Positions 52,720 to 61,449 of a stretch of DNA of 64,000 nucleotides are shown piece after piece. Every line of letters starts with the position of its first letter. Positions within the stretch are counted from its first letter, which is position 1. The notes beneath the pieces are model-generated. The model did no database searches and was not told the origin of the DNA. It saw nothing but the letters and a program-made list of their open reading frames with translations. Made by a program: the position numbers and the translations under genes. This DNA comes from Callorhinchus milii. Its lineage: Eukaryota. The DNA lies in NCBI RefSeq assembly GCF_018977255.1, contig NW_024704742.1, positions 138,758,001 through 138,822,000 of the forward strand, read 5' to 3'.

Positions 52720-55700
52720 AGCTTGGATGTCAGCTCACACCATGATGTGAACGTTCCTGATGAAGCAAACCTTGGAGAGAAGATGTCTGATGAGAAGATG
52801 TCTGATGTGAAGTTTATTGGTGATCAAGTTTCTGGTGTGAAGATTCCTGGTGTGAAGACTCTTGGTGGTCAAGTTCCTGGTGTGAAGATTCCTGGTGCAC
52901 AAATTCCTGGTATTGATATGCCTGGCATGGTGACATCTGGTGTGAAGATTCCTGGTGTGAAGACTCTTGGTGGTCAAGTTCCTGGTGTGAAGATTCCTGG
53001 TGCACAAATTCCTGGTATTGATATGCCTGGCATGGTGACATCTGGTGTGAAGATTCCTGGTGTGAAGACTCTTGGTGGTCAAGTTCCTGGTGTGAAGATT
53101 CCTGGTGCACAAATTCCTGGTATTGATATGCCTCGCATGGTGACATCTGGTGTGAAGATTCCTGGTGTGAAGACTCTTGGTGGTCAAGTTCCTGGTGTGA
53201 AGATTCCTGGTGCACAAATTCCTGGTATTGATATGCCTCGCATGGTGACATCTGGTGTGAAGATTCCTGGTGTGAAGACTCTTGGTGGTCAAGTTCCTGG
53301 TGTGAAGATTCCTGGTGTACAAATTCCTGGTATTGATATGCCTCACATGGTGACATCTGGTGTGAAGATTCCTGGTGTGAAGACTCTTGGTGGTCAAATT
53401 TCTGGTGTACAAATTCCTGGCATGGTGACATCTGGTGTGAAGATTCCTGGTGTGAAGATTCTTGGTGGTCAAGTTCCTGGTGTACAAATTCCTGGCATGG
53501 TGAAATCTGGTGTGAAGATTCTTGGTGGTCAAATTCCTGGTGTGAAGATTCCTGGTGCACAAATTCCTGGTATTGATATGCCTCGCATGGTGACATCTGG
53601 TGTGAAGATTCCTGGTGTGAACATTCTTCGTGGTCAAATTTCTGGTGTACAAATTCCTGGCATGGTGACATCTGGTGTGAAGATTCCTGGTGTGAAGATT
53701 CTTGGTGGTCAAGTTCCTGGTGTACAAATTCCTGGCATGGTGAAATCTGGTGTGAAGATTCTTGGTGGTCAAATTCCTGGTGTGAAGATTCCTGGTGCAC
53801 AAATTCCTGGTATTGATATGCCTCGCATGGTGACATCTGGTGTGAAGATTCCTGGTGTGAACATTTTTCGTGGTCAAATTTCTGGTGTACAAATTCCTGG
53901 CATGGTGACATCTGGTGTGAAGATTCCTGGTGTGAACATTCTTCGTGGTCAAATTTCTGGTGTACAAATTCCTGGCATGGTGAGTTCTGGTGTGAAGATT
54001 CCTGGTGTGAAGATTCCTGGTGTGAAGATTCTTGGTGGTCAAGTTCCTGGTGTACAAATTCCTGGCCTGGTGAAATCTGGTGTGAAGATTCTTGGTGGTC
54101 AAATTCCTGGTGTGAAGAGTCCTGGTGCACAAATTCCTGGTATTGATATGCCTCGCATGGTGACATCTGGTGTGAAGATTCCTGGTGTGAAGACTCTTGG
54201 TGGTCAAATTTCTGGTGTACAAATTCCTGGCATGGTGACATCTGGTGTGAAGATTCCTGGTGTGAACATTCTTCGTGGTCAAATTTCTGGTGTACAAATT
54301 CCTGGCATGGTGAGTTCTGGTGTGAAGATTCCTGGTGTGAAGATTCCTGGTATGAAGATTCTTGGTGGTCAAGTTCCTGGTGTACAAATTCCTGGCCTGG
54401 TGAAATCTGGTGTGAAGATTCTTGGTGGTCAAATTCCTGGTGTGAAGATTCCTGGTGCACAAATTCCTGGTATTGATATGCCTCGCATTGTGACATCTGG
54501 TGTGAAGATTCCTGGTGTGAACATTCTTCGTGGTCAAATTCCTGGTGTACAAATTCCTGGCATGGTGACATCTGGTGTGAAGATTCCTGGTGTGAACATT
54601 CTTCGTGGTCAAATTTCTGGTGTACAAATTCCTGGCATGGTGAAATCTGGTGTGAAGATTCCTGGTGTGAAGATTCTTGGTGGTCAAATTCCTGGTGTAC
54701 AAATTCCTGGCATGGTGAAATTTGGTGTGAAGATTCCTAGTGTGAACATTCTTCGTGGTCAAATTTCTGGTGTACAAATTCCTGGCATGGTGAGTTCTGG
54801 TGTGAAGATTCCTGGTGTGAAGATTCCTGGTGTGAAGATTCTTGGTGGTCAAGTTCCTGGTGTACAAATTCCTGGCCTGGTGAAATCTGGTGTGAAGATT
54901 CTTGGTGGTCAAATTCCTGGTGTGAAGATTCCTGGTGCACAAATTCCTGGTATTGTTATGCCTGGCATGGTGACATCTGGTGTGAAGATTCCTGGTGTGA
55001 ACATTCTTCGTGGTCAAATTCCTGGTGTACAAATTCCTGGCATGGTGACATCTGGTGTGAAGATTCCTGGTGTGAACATTCTTCGTGGTCAAATTTCTGG
55101 TGTACAAATTCCTGGCATGGTGAAATCTGGTGTGAAGATTCCTGGTGTGAAGATTCTTGGTGGTCAAATTCCTGGTGTACAAATTCCTGGCATGGTGAAA
55201 TTTGGTGTGAAGATTCCTAGTGTGAACATTCTTCGTGGTCAAATTTCTGGTGTACAAATTCCTGGCATGGTGAGTTCTGGTGTGAAGATTCCTGGTGTGA
55301 AGATTCCTGGTGTGAAGATTCTTGGTGGTCAAGTTCCTGGTGTACAAATTCCTGGCCTGGTGAAATCTGGTGTGAAGATTCTTGGTGGTCAAATTCCTGG
55401 TGTGAAGATTCCTGGTGCACAAATTCCTGGTATTGTTATGCCTGGCATGGTGACATCTGGTGTGAAGATTCCTGGTGTGAACATTCTTCGTGGTCAAATT
55501 TCTGGTGTACAAATTTCTGGCATGGTGAAATCTGGTGTGAAGATTCCTGGTCTGATGTTTCCTAGTATGACATTATTTAATGTGAACACGCCTTTTGCAA
55601 CGCTTCCTGCTATGTTGTTATTCAATCGGCAGACTCCCAGCATGGCCAATCTCAGGTTGTGGTTACCTGATATGATGAGACCTGCTGGTGAGAGGTTCCC

Positions 55701-56400
55701 AGGTTGGAGTTTCCCAGGTGGGAATTTTCCTGATGGGAGACAACCCAATATGGGGTTTCCTGGTGTGATCCCAGGTTGGAAGCTTCCTGGTGGGTGGCTC
55801 TTCTTTTTGAGAACGGCTGGTACAGAGTTTCCTAATGTGTTCCCTAGTGGGACATTCCCCTTTTTGAGAATGCCTGGAATGGATTTTCCTGGTTTCACAT
55901 TCCCTGGTAGGCACAGACTTGGTTTTGGCTGGAACATACCTGGTGTGCAGTTTCCTGGTTTTGGCTTCCCTGGCAGGAACATACCTGGTGTGCAGTTTCC
56001 TGGTTTTGGCTTCCCTGGCAGGAACATACCTGGTGTGCAGTTTCCTGGTTTTGGCTTCCCTGGCAGGAACATACCTGGTGTGCAGTTTCCTGGTTTTGGC
56101 TTCCCTGGCAGGAACATACCTGGTGTGCAGTTTCCTGGTTTTGGCTTCCCTGGCAGGAACATACCTGGTGTGCAGTTTCCTGGTTTTGGCTTCCCTGGCA
56201 GGAACATACCTGGTGTGCAGTTTCCTGGTTTTGGCTTCCCTGGCAGGAACATACCTGGTGTGCAGTTTCCTGGTTTTGGCTTCCCTGGCAGGAACATACC
56301 TGGTGTGCATTTTCCTGGTGGAAGACTCTCCTTTTGGTGGACAAACAGCATGGAGGTTCCTGATGGGAGATCAGATGTTTGGAGGATGCCTGGTATGTAG
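52712..56400 (+). CDS. Large exon of a Gly/Pro/Val/Ile-rich pentapeptide-repeat protein (1227 aa ORF from 52717), probably secreted and structural
   Basis: Only frame open across both the repeat arrays and the degenerate linker at 55550-55930, where the xPG periodicity persists at protein level; candidate acceptor cccaag|GT TCC ATG in phase 1. Confidence 0.75.
52830..55550 (+). repeat. 15 bp coding tandem repeat (~180 units) with 105, 240 and 480 bp higher-order periods
   Basis: cctggtgtgaagatt consensus; lines at 53401/53641 and 54721/55201 are duplicated. Confidence 0.97.
55930..56318 (+). repeat. 45 bp coding repeat (RNIPGVQFPGFGFPG, ~8.5 copies)
   Basis: Internal copies identical at the nucleotide level. 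Confidence 0.97.
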
Positions 56401-56796
56401 ACTCCTGTTGCAAATTTACATGATGTGAAGATGCCTGTAGTGATGTCTGTTGTGTGGCTACCTTGTGTGAATATTCCAAGTAAAAGTGGGAGGTTACCTA
56501 GTGTGAAGATTCCTGACATAGACATTCCTGATGCGGAGTTTGGGGTGCAGCTGGAGTTTGGGGTGCAGCTGGAGTTTGGGGTGCAGCTGGAGTTTGGGGT
56601 GCAGCTGGAGTTTGGGGTGCAGCTGGAGTTTGGGGTGCAGTTGGAGTTTGGGGTGCAGTTGGAGTTTGGGGTGCAGTTGGAGTTTGGGGTGCAGCTGGGG
56701 TTTGGGGTGCAGCTGGGGTTTGGGGTGCAGCTGGGGTTTGGGGTGTATACAGACGTTTTGAAACATCGTCTGGTTAAGAATGACACTGTATCAAAT
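56401..56796 (+). other. In-frame open continuation after the TAG, ending at a splice donor; includes 18 bp repeat EFGVQL (~11.5 copies, ~56536-56745)
   Basis: TPVANLHDVKMP..SVKIPDIDIPD retains the pentamer motif; AAT|gtaaga donor in phase 0. Confidence 0.6.
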
Positions 56797-56829
56797 GTAA
56801 GAATTTGTTTGTGGATAGTGTTGTTTACT

Positions 56830-57030
56830 GGGGCGGAGGTGGGGTTAGCGGGAGGGGGTGGTTTAGTGGGGGGCGGGGTTAGTGGGAGGGATGTTAGTGG
56901 GAGGGGGTAGTTTAGTGGGAATGGGTGGTTTAGTGGGAGGGGTGTTAGTGGGGAGGGGTGTTAGTGGGGAGGGGTGGTTTAGTGGAGGGGGGGGTTAGTG
57001 GGAGGGTGGGTTGGGGATACAGGGGATGGG
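56830..57030 (+). repeat. G-rich degenerate repeat (gggaggggtggtttagtg)
   Basis: About 9 imperfect units with G-runs immediately downstream of the donor. Confidence 0.85.
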
Positions 57031-57514
57031 TTGAGGAGTGAGGTGTAAGCAAATTGGAGAGGTAGGAAGGTACCAGGCATGAATTGATTTGAACATGAGT
57101 GTGAGGATCTTGAAATGGATACGTTCAGTGCCTTGGGACGTCCTCCCGACGTGAAAGGCGCTATGCAAATGTAATCTTGTTGTTGTTGTTGTGTGACAGG
57201 GAGCCAGTGGAGCCTGGTTGTTGAAGACAGGTTTGACAGTGTGTCAAATCAAGTGGGAACTAGACCAATACAGGAAACTCTTGATACTGCAATCTATTTA
57301 ACTAGTCAGCACCAATTAGGTCACTATGCCCCGCTGTCAGTACCCCGATAACTTCCCATGCACAATGTTAATAAGGGACTCGTCACACCCCCTAACACCT
57401 AACTGGTCACATTCTAGAAATTCTTGTGAGTAATTACAATGTAAAATTGATCAGATAAGTCGTCCTATAGATGGCTTCTTGCATCAAAGAATCCTCTGGT
57501 CTATTGGAGAACCA

Positions 57515-57822
57515 TGCCTCTGGCTCCGGCCTGTTACATGTCCCCTGCCCCCACCATCAGTGTCGGGACTTCAGCCTCTCTGCCCCCACCCTTTGGAACT
57601 CCATCCCACAGCCTCTTTGCCTTGCCCCTCCCTTGCCTCCTTCAAAGCCCGGTTCAAGATCCTCTTCGACCGTGCGTTCGGTTACCCTCCTATCTCCACC
57701 CTCTCTACCCTCCACCCCTCCTGAACCCAACCACCAGCTCAGGTCCAAATCCTTGGCTGTCCACCATCTTGGGACATCCTCCTGATGTGAAAGGCGCTGT
57801 GTAAATGTAATGTGTTGTTGTT
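57515..57822 (+). mobile_element. L2 3' end fragment
   Basis: [16 protein letters not shown] and L2 tail. Confidence 0.85.
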
Positions 57823-58441
57823 ACCTTCCTCCCCATTCTGTGACAATAGACCAAAGGCCTCTGCAACAGAATAAGGCAGGGCTCTTCAATAAACCAGAGG
57901 CCTCTGCGTGCCTCTGAGCATATGCGCCCAACCTCTACTGATTAACCCCACCCGTCACAGCGCCCCCTTGTGACCTACAGCTAACTCACCACTCTGGATA
58001 ACTCATTGCTGAGCTCTTTTCCCTTGGAGTAACACTTTTTCAGAGTTTATTGTACCTTAACAACAACAACAACAAGATTGCATTTATAGAGCGCCTTTCA
58101 CATCGGGAGGACGTCCCAAGGCGCTGTGTAAGTTTCTACGGTTCTGTGTTATGGGGTTGTGGGCTGACTTACGTCTCTCCTGAATGTGTCAGCTTGCAGT
58201 CAGCAGTTGTAGATATTTGTGAAGATTAAATGATACACAGTCATCCCTGTCTTCAATCAGGGGACTGGGCCAAAGTGGCCTTTATGTAGGGGTGGCCTCT
58301 GAGTAAGGCTTTGTTGGTGTGTGAGTCTGGCTGTTGGGCTGTGCCAGGGTGATTGTTAACAAGGGGGTGGTTGCTGAATGGAGGTGGTTGCTTCAACAGA
58401 TTTGACTGTAATGTATTCAGCTTAGTTTTTTGTCTTCACAG

Positions 58442-58532
58442 GTACTGGACTGGAGAAGTGGAATGATGGAACATGTGAAAGTGTGATGGCATACCTAGAT
58501 CCAGATGGAAAATATTGTTCTCTGCAAATAAC
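58442..58532 (+). other. Candidate downstream exon; phase 0 reads VLDWRSGMMEHVKV*
   Basis: Strong acceptor ttttttgtcttcacag| and donor AAC|gtaagt in unique sequence. Confidence 0.5.
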
Positions 58533-58699
58533 GTAAGTGGAGGCTGTGATGGTTCAATAAGAGGTTGCAGCTCCTCTTCTTATTATACATCACTCTCATC
58601 CACCTACCCACTCACGGACCCCCCAACCCCGCCGCACACATAATGACACACGGGCACAGTTCAAGCACTGACAGGGGAGCCTTAGCAGCCACTACACAG

Positions 58700-59110
58700 A
58701 TCTCATTACACCAGCTTCACCAGCTCCCAATTATTGAACATATCAATATCCTCTCACTCGTTTTCAAATCCCTTCAGGCCCTCCCCCCTCCCTACCTCTC
58801 CAATCTGCTTCCCCCACCCGCTGCCTCAGCTCGGCTGGCTCCAGCCTCCTGTTTGTCCCTCGATCACTCCGTTCCACCATCGGTGGCCTTGCCTTCAGCC
58901 ACTACTCCCTGAAACTCTGGAACTCTCCCCCTCAACTGCTCCGCCTTGCCCCCTCCCCACCCACTTTCAAATACCGCCTAAAGACCTTACCTTTTAAATG
59001 TGCTTACGGTCACCTACCCGTTCCCTCTGCCCTGGCTTGAATCCAAAACTACCAAGCACTCTGGGACGCTACCATGCATGAAGGATGCTGTATAAAGGCA
59101 AGTTGTTGTA
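58700..59110 (+). mobile_element. Older L2 3' fragment
   Basis: LHQLPIIEHINILSLVFKSL and tail. Confidence 0.75.
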
Positions 59111-59299
59111 ACTTGGACAGTCAAGGGTTTGCACCCGATCTGGAGGTTAGGTTCAAGAGGAATGGGGCCAAGGAAGGGGGGTCCATGCTCTCTGGAGCTC
59201 TGCAACTCACACTCTCTCATTTAAAGCACAACCAGCAACATAAAGCCCTTTGAAACATCCACTTTTGAGAAAGGTGCTATATAAATGTAAATGATGTAG

Positions 59300-61449
59300 T
59301 GCATTTTATTATAGGGGGTTACGATGTGGTGGCAGTAACTGAGACATGGCTTAAGCCAGGACAGGAATGGGAGATAAATATTCCAGGGTATAATGTGTTC
59401 AGGAAGGATAGAGAAGGAAGAAAGGGTGGAGGGGTGGCAATATTAGTTAAGCATACAATTATAGTTGTAGAAAGGAACGAGGCTCTGAAGGGCCCGACAA
59501 CAGAATCGATCTGGTCAGAGGTCAGAAATAGGAAAGGAGTGGTTACACTGATAGGGGTTTACTATAGACCACCAGATAGCGGGAAGGAGATAGAGGAGCA
59601 GATCTGCAACCAGATCACGGACAGATGTAGGGCGAACAGAGTTGTCATAATGGGGGATTTCAATCATCCCAATATAGATTGGCAAAATAGTAGCGTTAAG
59701 GGCAAGACAGGAGAAAGATTCATCAACTGTGTACAGGAAAATTTTCTTGAGCAATATATCTCCAGTGCTACAAGGAAGGAAGCATTGCTGGATCTTGTCC
59801 TAGGGAATGAAGTAGGTCAGGTTGAACAAGTTTCGGTAGGGGAGCATCTAGGTAACAGTGACCATAATATTATTAGATTTAGATTACTCATGAACAGGGA
59901 CAAAGTACAGTCAAGGGTGAAAATGCTTGACTGGAAAAGGGCTAATTTTGATGGGCTAAAAAGGGACCTAGAGTTGGTGGACTGGCAAGTAAGAATGGCA
60001 GTTAAAACGACTCATGAGTAATGGGAAATTTTCAAAGATACGATAGCTCAGGGTCTAAATAGATATATTCCCACAAAAGGGAAATGTGCGAGAACCAAGC
60101 CAGCCTGGATGGCCAGGGATATTCTGTCTAGGATGAAAAAGAAGAAGATGGCGTATGACATTTCGCGGATGCAAGACACTGAGGATAGCAAAGCGCATTA
60201 TAGAGAATGCAGAAGTGGAGTCCTGTAGCTCAGTGGTTAGAGCACTCGCTTTGCAAGTGAGAGACCTGAGTTCAATCCCCGGGGGGTCAGGGCGAAACCT
60301 TGGGCAAGTTTCCTTACTCCACACAGAGCCTAATAATAATCCCTCCAAAAACCAAAAACAATAATAAATTGGTCATTTTCAATCTACGGTTGTTTGTGGG
60401 ACATTGCTGTGCGCAATTGGCTGCCGCGTTCGCCCACAAATATACAGTCAATTCACTTTACAGTGTGTTCTGTGAAGTGCTTTGGGACGTCCTCCCGACG
60501 TGAAAAGCGCTATATCAAATGCAAGGATTATTATTATAAGTGGTCTTAAAAGAGTGATAAGACAGGCTAAAAGATCGCATGAGAAGAGTAACATAAAGGG
60601 GAATCCTAAAATATTTTACAAGCACATAAAGGAAAAAAGGTTAGTTAAAGGTAGGGTGGGGCCAATCAAAGGCAATGACGGCCATCTTGTTGTGGCGGCA
60701 GAGGGATGGCTGATGTACTAAGCGAGTACTTTGCATCTGTCTTCACAACGGAAATGGATGCCCCAAATGCCGCACTATTGGATGAGAGTTGTAGAGGACA
60801 TAGATCAGATTACTATAGACAGAGAGGAAGTTCTGAAAAGATTGACTGGGCTGAAAATTGATAAGTCACCAGGACCAGATGGGTTTCACCCAAGGTTGCT
60901 GTGGGAGATACGGGTTCAAATAGCGGAGGCTTTGGCCATTATATTTCAATCTTCATTGGACACAGGAGTGGTGCCAAGAGACTGGAGAGTGGCTAATGTT
61001 ACCCCACTCTACAAAAAGGGGCAGAAAGACAAACCCGGAAATTACAGGCCAGTCAGCCTAACTTCGGTAATAGGAAAACTACTGGAAACCATAATCCGGG
61101 ACAGAATAAATCTCTACTTAGAGGAACACGAGGTAATTAGAGACGGCCAACATGGATTTGTTAAAGGCAAATCTTGCCTAACAAATCTAATAGAATTTTT
61201 TGAAGAGGTGACTGCGAGGGTTAATGAGGGAAATGCGGTGGACATTATTTACATGGATTTTAAAAAGGCTTTTGACACAGTACCGCATAAGAGGTTAATA
61301 AAAAAACTGGAAGCCCACGGTATTAAGGGGACAGTAGCCGTTTGGATTAGGAACTGTCTGAGTGACAGAGAGCAGAGGGTGGTGGTTAATGAGTGTTTCT
61401 CGCAATGCAAGGAGGTGTGCAACGGTGTCCCCCAGGGATCGGTATTGAG
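59300..61449 (+). mobile_element. CR1 ORF2 (endonuclease and RT N-terminal half) with SINE insert
   Basis: [45 protein letters not shown]. Confidence 0.95.
60215..60537 (+). mobile_element. Full-length short-form SINE in CR1
   Basis: aagtgg at both junctions. Confidence 0.93.

Noticed and set aside
52735..55512. Long minus-strand ORFs (HTRNL repeats, 925 aa; QESSH repeats, 585 aa)
   Set aside because: Shadow frames of a stop-free 15 bp repeat; they break at stops in the less repetitive segments while the + frame stays open.
52717..56400. Periaxin/AHNAK, elastin or collagen identity
   Set aside because: No PDZ exons seen, Gly rather than Glu/Lys-dominated pentamers, no poly-Ala/Lys cross-link domains and no Gly-X-Y register.
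52735..56786. Minus-strand reading GICTP/GI*PP with recurring in-frame TGA at Cys-like positions, suggesting a selenocysteine-rich protein
   Set aside because: The TGAs are simply the antisense of GGT CAA codons of the + frame; I saw no supporting minus-strand exons or SECIS element. A SECIS search and stranded RNA-seq would settle it.
58173..58522. Minus-strand exon between tttgcag and gtaagt
   Set aside because: All three frames contain stops; + strand splice sites explain the region better.
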